DNA of 64,000 bases from the IMG/VR virus record IMGVR_UViG_643348562_000001, positions 1-64,000 of that record, one strand, 5' to 3'. Below the pieces are notes generated by a model, which worked only from the letters and a program-made list of their open reading frames with translations, was not told the DNA's origin and did not search any database. This document shows positions 45,818 through 54,560 of this stretch, in pieces. The DNA is from a virus (lineage: Duplodnaviria; Caudoviricetes). How positions within the stretch are numbered: position 1 is the stretch's first letter; each line of letters opens with the position of its first letter. Both the position numbers and the translations under genes were made by a program.

Positions 45818-46709
45818 ATGGCTAAGACAAAAAGGTACTTTTGGTTGAAACTGAAAGAAGACTTTTTCAATCAAAAAGAAATAAAACTGCTGAGAAAAAT
45901 TGCTGGGGGAGATACGTACACAATCATATATCTTAAGTTATTATTACTCAGCTTAAAAAATGACGGAAAAATTTACTTTGACGGTTTAACAGATGAATTT
46001 TCTGAAGAAGTCGCTTTAGAGATCGATGAATCAGTTGAGAATGTACAGGTAACTATGCAGTTCTTACAAAAGAAAGGCTTAATCGCTTTTGATACAGAAC
46101 ATCAAGATGAATTCGAACTTACTAATATAGCTTCAATGATAGGTAGTGAGACAGATAAAGCAGCTATGATGAGAAGGAAACGAGCAAGAGAGAAAGAACA
46201 AAAACAATTGAATGGTAACAATGTTACTGCAGAGTTACCTGACCGTTACACAGAGATAGAGAAAGAGAAAGAGATAGATTTAGAGAAAGAGAAAGAGAAG
46301 ACAAAGAGAGAAACAACTCGTCCTTCGTCATTCGATATCTTCGAAAATGGTGGTTATTGGCTACCTGGATCCAATAACAATGCAGAAGTTATTTGCATGG
46401 ATAGATGACTTCGGAGATGAAGGTGATTCTATCGTCAGCAAGGCATTAGATGTAGGTATTGAAGCGGGCATTAAAAACTATAAATATGTGAATGGCATAT
46501 TAAGAAACTGGCATAACAAAGGATTTAAGACAACAGCTGAAATAGATGCTAATGAAATTGCTAGACAGACTAAGGATAACAATCAAGTTAAACCTAATGT
46601 GCAGACAACAAAACGTTCACCTGAAGAAATCGCAAGACTTAAAGAACGTAACGAAAGAAACATGAGACAGATGTTAGGTGGTGAAGATGTTGAAATCATT
46701 ACTGAATAG
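45818..46709 (+). pseudogene. Replisome organizer + DnaD-like initiator, split by +1 T
   Basis: YFWLKLKEDFF N-terminus (45818..46408) and YKYVNGILRNW domain (46347..46709) join if TT 46357-58 is T. Confidence 0.85.
46212..46250 (+). repeat. GTTAC/GTAAC repeats inside initiator gene (likely P2 origin)
   Basis: GGTAACAATGTTACTGCAGAGTTACCTGACCGTTAC. Confidence 0.5.
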
Positions 46710-47472
46710 TGAACTTATGAAAGCAGTAGCAAATCGAGGTATCCCAGAAATCGAAGAGGAAACATGTGATAAGTGCGGCACAAAGAATACTTACAAAGTA
46801 AATGATGATGGAACGCGTGAGCTAGTAATCAAATGCGACTGTCACCTTAGAGAGTTAGTTAGAGCAGATAAGAAACGAATGCAGCAAAAAAAGATTAACT
46901 ATTATTTCAATCAGTCGCTAATTAATCCGGATCTGAAAAAGGCATCATTCAAAAATAATGATATTGATCTCGAAAAAGCAAGTCCTGAGATATATAACGC
47001 TTATAAAGTAGCATCTAACTTCTGTAAAGAGTTCAGTAAACAAAATCCTAAAACCATCGTTATACAGGGTGATACAGGAACAGGCAAGTCATTCCTTGCA
47101 TTTTCAATCGCAAGATACTTGAAAGACAAAGGTAATACAGTGCTCTTTATCGATAATGTTGAGCTTTTATCACTCATTAAAGCATCATTCAATAAAAAGA
47201 ATGATGATACAGAAGAAAAAATCATGCGATTAGTTAGTGAAGTTGATTTATTGGTCCTGGATGATGTAGGAGCAAACAAGCAAACAGACTGGGCATGTGA
47301 GAAGTTGTATGAGATTACGAATAAGCGCCAAGGCTTGAATACAATCTATACAACGAACTTAGACATCATTAATGAAATGCCATCTGATTTCATGCTGAAA
47401 CGTGCTTATTCAAGAATATGCAATGGTGCAACGTTTTTAACATTAGATGGTGCAGACAGAAGAATGCAATAA
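46687..47472 (+). CDS. DnaC/IstB-like helicase loader ATPase
   Basis: CxxC..CxC, GDTGTGKS, LLVLDDVG, TTNL. Confidence 0.93.
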   Translation: MLKSLLNSELMKAVANRGIPEIEEETCDKCGTKNTYKVNDDGTRELVIKCDCHLRELVRADKKRMQQKKINYYFNQSLINPDLKKASFKNNDIDLEKASPEIYNAYKVASNFCKEFSKQNPKTIVIQGDTGTGKSFLAFSIARYLKDKGNTVLFIDNVELLSLIKASFNKKNDDTEEKIMRLVSEVDLLVLDDVGANKQTDWACEKLYEITNKRQGLNTIYTTNLDIINEMPSDFMLKRAYSRICNGATFLTLDGADRRMQ

Positions 47473-47497
47473 ACATACAAAAGGAGAAGTGAAACGA

Positions 47498-47821
47498 ATG
47501 ACATTTAATATCGATGAAACAATTAAGAAGATTAATCAGACTTTAGCAGAAAGGAAAGTACCTGTTCAGGTTGAGATAAAGAAATCCTGCAAACCACAAT
47601 GGGATTTCGAACAGCTAGAAAAAATTAAAGAAGAACAGAAAGAACAAGCAAAGCAAGAACGAATCCAGGAATACGCAAAACTGCTTTACGATGAAAAATT
47701 TGTAGTTGTATCGAACGAAAGAATGCAGGAATTGAAAATGAAAGAACGTATGCTAAGTAAAATATCCGACGACATGGTTTCTGTATTAGAAGATATTACG
47801 GAGGTGATCAAGCATGACTAA
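47498..47821 (+). CDS. Hypothetical protein
   Basis: AGGAG RBS before ATG 47498. Confidence 0.65.
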   Translation: MTFNIDETIKKINQTLAERKVPVQVEIKKSCKPQWDFEQLEKIKEEQKEQAKQERIQEYAKLLYDEKFVVVSNERMQELKMKERMLSKISDDMVSVLEDITEVIKHD

Positions 47822-47990
47822 AGAACAAATCATGAGACGCCTTAACTGTACAGAAACATATGCGCAACGAATGATTGACTGGGCAACAAATGAATTAGAG
47901 TTGCGTGTCCTGGTAGCGCAAAAAGACCATGAGTTACAAACTCGAAAGGGGATTGAGGAATATGGACCAACAGAACCTGCGACAGCTTAA
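47814..47990 (+). CDS. 58-aa hypothetical protein (MTKEQIMRRLNCTETYAQRMIDW...)
   Basis: GGAGGTG RBS; not in ORF track. Confidence 0.6.
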   Translation: MTKEQIMRRLNCTETYAQRMIDWATNELELRVLVAQKDHELQTRKGIEEYGPTEPATA

Positions 47991-48138
47991 GACTAAAGTT
48001 AAGGAATTAAAAGTACAGGTCGTTATTGCTAGGCATAACGTGAGGGCATCAGAGGAAGATGTCGACAGATTACAGTTTCTTGATTTTGCAGATTCAATGA
48101 TTAAACAAATTAATGAAATGATGGAGGAAATGAAATGA
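47962..48138 (+). CDS. Hypothetical coiled-coil protein
   Basis: GAGG RBS before ATG 47962. Confidence 0.6.
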   Translation: MDQQNLRQLKTKVKELKVQVVIARHNVRASEEDVDRLQFLDFADSMIKQINEMMEEMK

Positions 48139-48644
48139 TTAACAGAGTAGTACTTACGGGTCGATTAACAAAAGATCCAGAATTCAGAGTAACAACATCA
48201 GGTGTTTCAGTCGCAACATTCACATTAGCAGTAAATCGCATGTTTTCGAATGACCAGGGAGAAAAACAGGCAGATTTTATTAACTGTGTGACTTTCAGAA
48301 AACAAGCAGAAAATGTTAACAACTTCTTAAGTAAAGCCAGTTTAGTCGGTGTTGACGGAAGATTGCAATCACGCAGCTACGATAATCAACAAGGACAGCG
48401 TGTATTCGTTACAGAAGTGATTTGCGACAGTGTTCAGTTCCTTGAACCAAAGAATAGTCAAAATAACGCAAATAATAATGCACAACAAACGAATTACAAT
48501 CAGACGAACAACAATAACCAAAACAACCAAAACGTCAATAGAGGGCAAAATAACACAAATAACGGATACTCGCAACAGCATGAAAATCCATTTGCTAATT
48601 CATCAGGCCCTATCGATATCCAGGATGATGATTTGCCCTTCTAA
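48135..48644 (+). CDS. ssb: Single-stranded DNA-binding protein
   Basis: [30 protein letters not shown]. Confidence 0.97.
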   Translation: MINRVVLTGRLTKDPEFRVTTSGVSVATFTLAVNRMFSNDQGEKQADFINCVTFRKQAENVNNFLSKASLVGVDGRLQSRSYDNQQGQRVFVTEVICDSVQFLEPKNSQNNANNNAQQTNYNQTNNNNQNNQNVNRGQNNTNNGYSQQHENPFANSSGPIDIQDDDLPF

Positions 48645-48670
48645 TTTAATGTATTAAAGGAGTGATTCAA

Positions 48671-48949
48671 ATGTCAAAATCAGAAGTCTATTACTTGAAT
48701 TCAGATGTTGCAAAGCATTTTGATCAGCACTTTAAAGAAGCGGGATTCTATTCAGAAGAATATGCAATCCAGGAATACCTATCGACCAAAGGTATTAAGG
48801 GATATGTCACACTCATGACCAGAGAAAAAGGTGGCATAAAAATAAAGATGTGCATCGATAGAGATGATAAGACCAGCAACAAGTTTAATGTTAATCAACT
48901 CAATCACAATATAAACCATGAATTATATGACCAAGGAGTGAACTTATGA
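48671..48949 (+). CDS. Hypothetical protein
   Basis: AGGAG RBS. Confidence 0.65.
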   Translation: MSKSEVYYLNSDVAKHFDQHFKEAGFYSEEYAIQEYLSTKGIKGYVTLMTREKGGIKIKMCIDRDDKTSNKFNVNQLNHNINHELYDQGVNL

Positions 48950-49125
48950 GTTTACTAAAGAGATTCAAACTTTATGACCAGAAGAAAGAATGGGCAGTTA
49001 CAGTAATTCCGTTAAGTGGACGTGATGGTTACAGAAATTTGACGTCTAACTTTCAGTTAGAAAACAAGATTTATAAATATTTAAGAACTTTGTTCCAAAA
49101 CTGTTCCAAAACGTTCCAAAAGTAA
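48946..49125 (+). pseudogene. Truncated paralog of 50830..51051
   Basis: MSLLKRFKLYDQKKEWAVTVIPL resembles MYGLLNRIKLLDDKEKFATTVIPL, then runs into iteron DNA. Confidence 0.55.
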
Positions 49126-49347
49126 AAAGAGAAATGGAACGGATAAACGTTGATATATCAGTACTTTGAGCGTTACTGTTCCATTTGTTCCATTATTTTT
49201 TATATATAAATAAATATTAAATAAATAAATATATATAAAAGGTAGTGCTTTTTTAACGGAACATTTGGAACAGGGTGCTGGAAACGTTGATATGAAAGGG
49301 TTTAGGGTGTTCCAAAACGTGTTCTATTTTGGAACAAAAGTGGAACA
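49091..49347. other. Origin-like element: 12 (T)GTTCCA iterons in both orientations around an AT-rich core
   Basis: Counted by eye; AT core 49193-49240; AAACGTTGATAT at 49145 and 49282. Confidence 0.7.
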
Positions 49348-49374
49348 AAAATCATATAGAAGGGATAGATTAAG

Positions 49375-49608
49375 ATGAACAGAAACACATTAGGAGATTT
49401 AAACGGTTACTTATTCGAGCAGATGGAGAGATTGAATGATCCAGAATTATCGAAAGAAGAATTAAAAAATGAAATATCAAGAGCGCAAGCAATTACAAAG
49501 GTTTCGGCTCAGATTATCAACAACGGTAACTTGGTTTTAAAAGCACAAGTCGCTTATGACAGCATGATGGATATTGATGCTGAAAAGCCGACATTACTCG
49601 AGGGATAG
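49375..49608 (+). CDS. Conserved phage protein (NTLGDLN.YLFEQMERL family)
   Basis: Motif recognised; typically precedes HNH genes. Confidence 0.75.
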   Translation: MNRNTLGDLNGYLFEQMERLNDPELSKEELKNEISRAQAITKVSAQIINNGNLVLKAQVAYDSMMDIDAEKPTLLEG

Positions 49609-49610
49609 TT

Positions 49611-50123
49611 ATGGCGAGAAGAAAAAAATACTCAGAAGAATTGATTGAATATGTGAGAGAGATAAGTGAAGGAAGTTTACGTGATGAAATACTAGAAAAG
49701 ACGAACAGTAAATTTGGTTTGAAACTTACTAAAGAGCGATTAGATTACCTGATGACACAAAATAGAATAAAAACAGGTATAAAAACAAGCGAACAACGTA
49801 AACGACCAATAGGATCAGAACGTGAAACTGGTAGTAGAAAAATAATGATTAAGATAGCTGAACCAAGTGTGTGGGAGTATAAGCACATCGTAGAATGGCG
49901 TAAACATTATGGCGAGATTCCGAAAGGTTATGTGGTAAGCGCTAGAAATCGAGACTTAAGAGATACAAGAATCGAAAATCTGATGTTGCTTACAAAGCAG
50001 CAGGTAGGCTACTTATCCAGGAAAACACTAAAAGACATCGACTACATTAATGATGATGTTATAAAACTGATTAATTTCATGATTGAAATTAAGAAGGCGA
50101 GCGAGAAACTAAAAGACAAATAG
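49611..50123 (+). CDS. HNH_3-like protein with degenerate active site
   Basis: PIGSER..KIAEP..W..KH..W..HYGEIPKG..RIENLMLL. Confidence 0.7.
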   Translation: MARRKKYSEELIEYVREISEGSLRDEILEKTNSKFGLKLTKERLDYLMTQNRIKTGIKTSEQRKRPIGSERETGSRKIMIKIAEPSVWEYKHIVEWRKHYGEIPKGYVVSARNRDLRDTRIENLMLLTKQQVGYLSRKTLKDIDYINDDVIKLINFMIEIKKASEKLKDK

Positions 50124-50134
50124 GAGTGGTTGAG

Positions 50135-50641
50135 ATGAGTGGATATACACTTAGCAATCATGCGTTCCAAAGATTTTGGGAACGCGTGCAACATGGCGTA
50201 AGCAAAAAGAAAGCGACTGAATGGGTCGAGAACGCAATTAAGAAAGGTATTAATTGTGGGGGAGAAGATGACCGACATTATTACAGATACGAAGACTATA
50301 AAATAGTGGTCAGTCCGACAAACAAAACGATTATAACGATTTATAACGTAAGCGTATTTAATAATAAAGAATTAAATAATGAGATACACGAAATGATCGT
50401 GGCGAAAGTAAATAGAGAATTGAAGTTATCCTTTAAAGCTAAAAGAAAGCACATGATTCAATATCACGAAGCAAGTATTAATCATTTGAAAGTGAATAAC
50501 CCTGCAACAAAGAACATCATAAAAGAAGATATCAATGAATTAAGAAGTCTGCTTGTAAGGATAGACGATGATATCGAAGCAATCAAGAAGACTGCGAAGA
50601 AATACCATGTAAATGAAGACAAATTATATCTAATGGAGTAA
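50135..50641 (+). CDS. Hypothetical protein with SxHAxxRxxER N-terminus (DUF4258-like)
   Basis: LSNHAFQRFWERV..YKIVV..TIITIY. Confidence 0.6.
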   Translation: MSGYTLSNHAFQRFWERVQHGVSKKKATEWVENAIKKGINCGGEDDRHYYRYEDYKIVVSPTNKTIITIYNVSVFNNKELNNEIHEMIVAKVNRELKLSFKAKRKHMIQYHEASINHLKVNNPATKNIIKEDINELRSLLVRIDDDIEAIKKTAKKYHVNEDKLYLME

Positions 50642-50653
50642 GGAGTGTTAAAG

Positions 50654-50827
50654 ATGACATACAGAAATAAACGTATCAACAGACATGTGCATGCAAGAAA
50701 ACCTGTGAACAGTGAGTTTGAAGAGAGACCTCAACGCATAACGATTACTAAACGCGCTGAATTGAAAGAGTTCAAATTTGGTAAGTATCCGAATAAGCTA
50801 CTCGAGATGATGTTTAAGGGGTGGTAA
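50654..50827 (+). CDS. Small basic protein
   Basis: AGGAG RBS. Confidence 0.55.
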   Translation: MTYRNKRINRHVHARKPVNSEFEERPQRITITKRAELKEFKFGKYPNKLLEMMFKGW

Positions 50828-50829
50828 CC

Positions 50830-51051
50830 ATGTACGGACTACTGAATCGCATTAAACTACTCGATGATAAAGAGAAGTTCGCAACAACGGTCATTCCGTT
50901 AAAGAATGGTATGTATAAAATATTGGAGCGTACAGAATTCTATCGTGTACGCTATCCTGCAACGATAACGAATAGCGAGGGAGTTACAGCATACTGTGAA
51001 GAATATGGCTTGCACAGAGCAGATATGAAGCAACTAGCACTATTCGAATAA
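50830..51051 (+). CDS. Hypothetical protein ending QLALFE
   Basis: GGGGTGG RBS. Confidence 0.65.
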   Translation: MYGLLNRIKLLDDKEKFATTVIPLKNGMYKILERTEFYRVRYPATITNSEGVTAYCEEYGLHRADMKQLALFE

Positions 51052-51054
51052 GGA

Positions 51055-51306
51055 GTGAATCACATGATCATCTACTTAAAAGAATCAGAATGGACGAGAC
51101 TGTTCAACCACTACATGAATAAAGGTTGGCAGACAGATAAACGAGATAAACGGAACGGTAATATCTATTATTCACTCATTGATGACACGTACAGAGCAAT
51201 TGACGTATCAGGCGAAGTTTACGTAGAAGAGTTTAATAGCGCTCAGGAAATGCACGCACAGTACGATGAGCGAGTGCATGAGCAGGTTACTATATTTGAT
51301 TACTGA
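51055..51306 (+). CDS. Hypothetical protein ending QVTIFDY
   Basis: Homologous to 9754..9999. Confidence 0.7.
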   Translation: MNHMIIYLKESEWTRLFNHYMNKGWQTDKRDKRNGNIYYSLIDDTYRAIDVSGEVYVEEFNSAQEMHAQYDERVHEQVTIFDY

Positions 51307-51327
51307 AAGATGGAATAGAAGGAGAAG

Positions 51328-51525
51328 ATGAATATGTCAAAACAAGTTGCTAAGTATGATCAATTAAAAGACGTGTATGTATTTATGAACGAAAATAAAG
51401 AAATGGTAGTGATTAAAGCTGATGTGGTTGAACAGTGTGTAGACCAAAAGATTAAAGCTAATCAATGGATTGAGAAAGAATCAAATGAATACCACGAAGA
51501 AATGAAAAAAGCAGGAGGAAAATAA
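51328..51525 (+). CDS. Hypothetical protein
   Basis: AGGAG RBS. Confidence 0.6.
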   Translation: MNMSKQVAKYDQLKDVYVFMNENKEMVVIKADVVEQCVDQKIKANQWIEKESNEYHEEMKKAGGK

Positions 51526-51526
51526 A

Positions 51527-51751
51527 ATGTATATCGTACATTTCATGAAATATGAAGATGATATTTTAGTTGATGCATGGACATCAGAAGATTATTTCAA
51601 AACTGAGTTTGATGCTAAAGGGTGGTTATTACCTGGTGGGAACGACAAATTTGTACAAGATGAAATGTTTGAGAATCATTATAAATACGAAAAAGATGGC
51701 ATAAGACTTGAAGCTGAAATTAAATATATGTATGAGTTTTTAGGACTTTAA
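51527..51751 (+). CDS. Hypothetical acidic protein
   Basis: AGGAGG RBS. Confidence 0.65.
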   Translation: MYIVHFMKYEDDILVDAWTSEDYFKTEFDAKGWLLPGGNDKFVQDEMFENHYKYEKDGIRLEAEIKYMYEFLGL

Positions 51752-51781
51752 AACGAAACCAAACATTCATCGAGGTGCTAA

Positions 51782-52006
51782 ATGGATAAGTATAGAGACA
51801 TGACAGTAGAACATGGCACAGGGTTAAGAAAGCAGCACACGAACTATGGATTTAAAGGCTCAGTTAATGAGTTCCTAGAATCAATTAGAAAATACAATAG
51901 TCCTTTTATTCAAGTATTCGAAAGAATTGATGGAGAGTTAGTACTGCTATGGTCTAAAGATAATAAAGGATTGCTACAGCGGGGAGAACAGATGGAGTTA
52001 TTTTAA
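51782..52006 (+). CDS. Hypothetical protein ending QMELF
   Basis: GAGGTG RBS. Confidence 0.65.
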   Translation: MDKYRDMTVEHGTGLRKQHTNYGFKGSVNEFLESIRKYNSPFIQVFERIDGELVLLWSKDNKGLLQRGEQMELF

Positions 52007-52074
52007 CGTCCGGTTAAACGAACGATGGAATAACCTAGAGAACCTAAGTTAAAAAATCACAAGGAGGAAACAAC

Positions 52075-52269
52075 ATGCAAGAGTGGGTTAAAGAAGGCAC
52101 AAATTACTGGGAGAACGAAGAATGTCCTAGAGAGTATTTAGAAAACGCACTTAAAGGACTTATCCACTTTATAGAAGATATACATGTAGATGATGAACTC
52201 GTTAGAAATATGAGTGATGAAGAACTTAAAAATAAAATAGATTTCTATGAGTATGTAGCTGATAAGTAA
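52075..52269 (+). CDS. 64-aa acidic cassette protein
   Basis: Follows spacer 1. Confidence 0.7.
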   Translation: MQEWVKEGTNYWENEECPREYLENALKGLIHFIEDIHVDDELVRNMSDEELKNKIDFYEYVADK

Positions 52270-52290
52270 ATCACAAGGAGGAAATGAGAG

Positions 52291-52509
52291 ATGAGTAAAG
52301 ACAAAAAAGAATATTATGTACTTTCTATACCTTATGATTCTGCTTACGGAATTTATGACACGTTCCAGCAAGCATTAGAAGAAGGAAACAGACCTGAAAA
52401 TGAATGGCTTAAATTAATACTTTATAAAACTAAAATGAACAGAGCATTGAAAAGTGAGGACGTAATAGGACGATTCAGAGATGGAAAGTATATAAGTTCA
52501 GAAGAGTAA
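52291..52509 (+). CDS. 72-aa cassette protein
   Basis: Follows spacer 2. Confidence 0.7.
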   Translation: MSKDKKEYYVLSIPYDSAYGIYDTFQQALEEGNRPENEWLKLILYKTKMNRALKSEDVIGRFRDGKYISSEE

Positions 52510-52530
52510 ATCACAAGGAGGAAATGAAAG

Positions 52531-52710
52531 ATGGCAAGAACTCGAATTAAAATATTTGGAAGCTATTATGAAGATGATTTAGACCGTAAATTTGAAATCA
52601 ATATGAATAATTGGTTAAGAAGTAACACTTATGAATTTGTAGTTAAAGATATTAAGTTTGTACCAGTAGATTATAAAAGTGTGAAAGTTATTGTGATATT
52701 TGAATCGTAA
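52531..52710 (+). CDS. 59-aa cassette protein (MARTRIKIFGS...)
   Basis: Follows spacer 3; not in ORF track. Confidence 0.65.
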   Translation: MARTRIKIFGSYYEDDLDRKFEINMNNWLRSNTYEFVVKDIKFVPVDYKSVKVIVIFES

Positions 52711-52730
52711 CACGAAAGGAGAGAGGGATC

Positions 52731-52901
52731 GTGAGACACGTAATAAGGGTTGGTAAATCAAGATGGTACACAGAAGATAGACCTCAAGGATATACGACAT
52801 TTAAAAGTAAAGCATACGTAACAGAAGATGCACGAAAAGCATTAATTATTGCTATCAAACATGACGGAGATGTTGAGATACTCGAAAAGGAGAATGAATG
52901 A
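52731..52901 (+). CDS. 56-aa hypothetical protein
   Basis: GAGGG RBS, GTG start. Confidence 0.55.
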   Translation: MRHVIRVGKSRWYTEDRPQGYTTFKSKAYVTEDARKALIIAIKHDGDVEILEKENE

Positions 52902-53020
52902 TGAGAAAAACACCATACAGAAAAGTATATTGGTCTGTGGTTGGTAGAAAACGCAAGTGGGATCATTGGAGAACTTTAGAATTCTTTTATATTCACTATA
53001 GATTGAGAAAAGGAGAATGA
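52898..53020 (+). CDS. 40-aa basic/aromatic peptide
   Basis: AGGAG RBS. Confidence 0.5.
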   Translation: MMRKTPYRKVYWSVVGRKRKWDHWRTLEFFYIHYRLRKGE

Positions 53021-53022
53021 CA

Positions 53023-53385
53023 ATGACTAATATAGGAGATAAAGTCAAACTCAAGAAATATGACGAAACTATCTACACAGTAGTAAATGTCGAAGATGAA
53101 CATGTAAGAGTAATCGATGGCACAGGTACTCAGCTTATGCAAGTACGCAAAGATTTTGTTGATGTTGTCGAACAATATATCGATTACAAACAACGTGCTG
53201 ATGAACTTGAAAAGCGATGGAGTGAGTTGGTAGATGTTCTGAAGAAAAAGTATGAGTATTACAAAGTTAGAGCTGATGATGAAAGTGCAGGACCTATTGA
53301 ACAAGATAAGTGGAAAATCGCAAAACACGAATTGATGATGGTGCTAAAAATTATGACTGATTTGAAACGAGGTGAAACTGAATGA
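53023..53385 (+). CDS. Hypothetical protein with N-terminal SH3/KOW-like region
   Basis: IGDKVKLK..YTVVNVE..VRVID. Confidence 0.65.
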   Translation: MTNIGDKVKLKKYDETIYTVVNVEDEHVRVIDGTGTQLMQVRKDFVDVVEQYIDYKQRADELEKRWSELVDVLKKKYEYYKVRADDESAGPIEQDKWKIAKHELMMVLKIMTDLKRGETE

Positions 53386-53552
53386 AAATTATATACTCAC
53401 ATAGCGACTGGAATGTAATTGATCCTCAGAATCAGATTGTTGAATCATTTTCAAACAAACAATGTGCTAAGGATTACCTGAAAGCATTAGAAGTACCATA
53501 CAAAGAATTTTACAAAGTAAAAGAACATAAAGTGATGAGAAGAGAGGGATAA
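53382..53552 (+). CDS. 56-aa protein, same as 10373..10543
   Basis: Inside the 196-bp repeat (53380-53575). Confidence 0.75.
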   Translation: MKIIYSHSDWNVIDPQNQIVESFSNKQCAKDYLKALEVPYKEFYKVKEHKVMRREG

Positions 53553-53555
53553 GTA

Positions 53556-53858
53556 ATGATTAAAATGACAACGGAACTAATTAAAAAATGGGCAATAGAC
53601 CGTAATTTAAACACAGCTGATCCGAATAAGCAGATGTTGAAATTAGTAGAAGAATTTGGGGAGTTAGGAGAAGGGATGGCAAAGGGTAAACCTGAACTTA
53701 TCAAAGATGCATTAGGCGATATGTACGTGGTTATGACTATACTCGCAATGCAAATGGATATTGATATAAACGAGTGTATCGATATAGCTTACAACGAGAT
53801 AAAAGATAGAAAAGGCAAAATGATTGATGGCGTGTTTGTGAAAGAATCTGATTTGTAG
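53556..53858 (+). CDS. MazG-like nucleotide pyrophosphohydrolase
   Basis: KQMLKLVEEFGEL..KDALGDMYV..AYNEIKDRKGKMIDGVFVKESDL. Confidence 0.92.
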   Translation: MIKMTTELIKKWAIDRNLNTADPNKQMLKLVEEFGELGEGMAKGKPELIKDALGDMYVVMTILAMQMDIDINECIDIAYNEIKDRKGKMIDGVFVKESDL

Positions 53859-53872
53859 CAGGAGGGAATCAA

Positions 53873-54046
53873 ATGGAAATCATTTTATTAATACTGATAG
53901 CGTACTCGCTCATAACGTTTCATGAGCGACACCTATATAAACAACGTATCAATGACTTAGAAATTGAACGCAATCATTACAAGTACTTGTACAACGAACG
54001 CAAAAAGGATTTGCAGATTGTAAAAGAACGAATGATGGGTGAGTAG
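53873..54046 (+). CDS. 57-aa protein with N-terminal hydrophobic anchor
   Basis: GGAGGG RBS; MEIILLILIAYSLITF... Confidence 0.6.
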   Translation: MEIILLILIAYSLITFHERHLYKQRINDLEIERNHYKYLYNERKKDLQIVKERMMGE

Positions 54047-54057
54047 TGGAGGTAGAA

Positions 54058-54544
54058 ATGCAAAAGAAAACAAGTCAACGTAATAGAGGTAAATACCTCG
54101 AGACATTAATCGAACGATCCAATATTCAATATGATTTAAAAGGTATAGCCACAATCAATAAGATTCCAACACCTATGACGCATAAGGAGCAAGAACGGAA
54201 AGATATTTGATGCCAGGTACACCAAGAAATCAACAGTCGACTTTATCGGCATTCACAATGGAAAATTTATCGCATTTGATACAAAGCAGACATCACTGAC
54301 CAATCTGCCATTTAAGAATATCGAGCAACACCAGATCGAGTACTTGACCAAGACTCATCAAAAGGGTGGCATTTGCTTTATTCTTATCTTATTTACGAAG
54401 TTTAACGAGTTATATAGATTAGACATCCAAGAACTAAAGGAGCTCAAGGAAACGTTAAACAGAGCCAGTATTCCATATACCTGGTTTAAAGAGAATAAAA
54501 GACCAATCACAAGTAATAACGGAATCATCTACAACTACTTATAA
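54058..54544 (+). pseudogene. recU: RecU Holliday junction resolvase, split by +1 G
   Basis: NRGKYLE..KIPTP then KSTVDFIG..FDTKQT..HQIEYL after removing one G at 54186-87. Confidence 0.88.
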
Positions 54545-54560
54545 AGGGGAACAATAAACC

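Larger units (their letters stand above)
52054..52533 (+). repeat. Three identical intergenic spacers AAATCACAAGGAGGAAA
   Basis: 52054-70, 52268-84, 52508-24; copies 2 and 3 extend to 29 bp with 1 mismatch. Confidence 0.9.

Noticed and set aside
46250-46312. GAGAAA repeats
   Set aside because: Encodes the EIEKEKE linker typical of phage replication initiators.
48460-48600. AAC/CAA-rich repeats
   Set aside because: Normal Asn/Gln linker of SSB.
49091-49347. CRISPR array
   Set aside because: Units are 6-7 bp, in both orientations, without unique 30-40 bp spacers; no cas operon. No CRISPR-like array seen elsewhere in the window.
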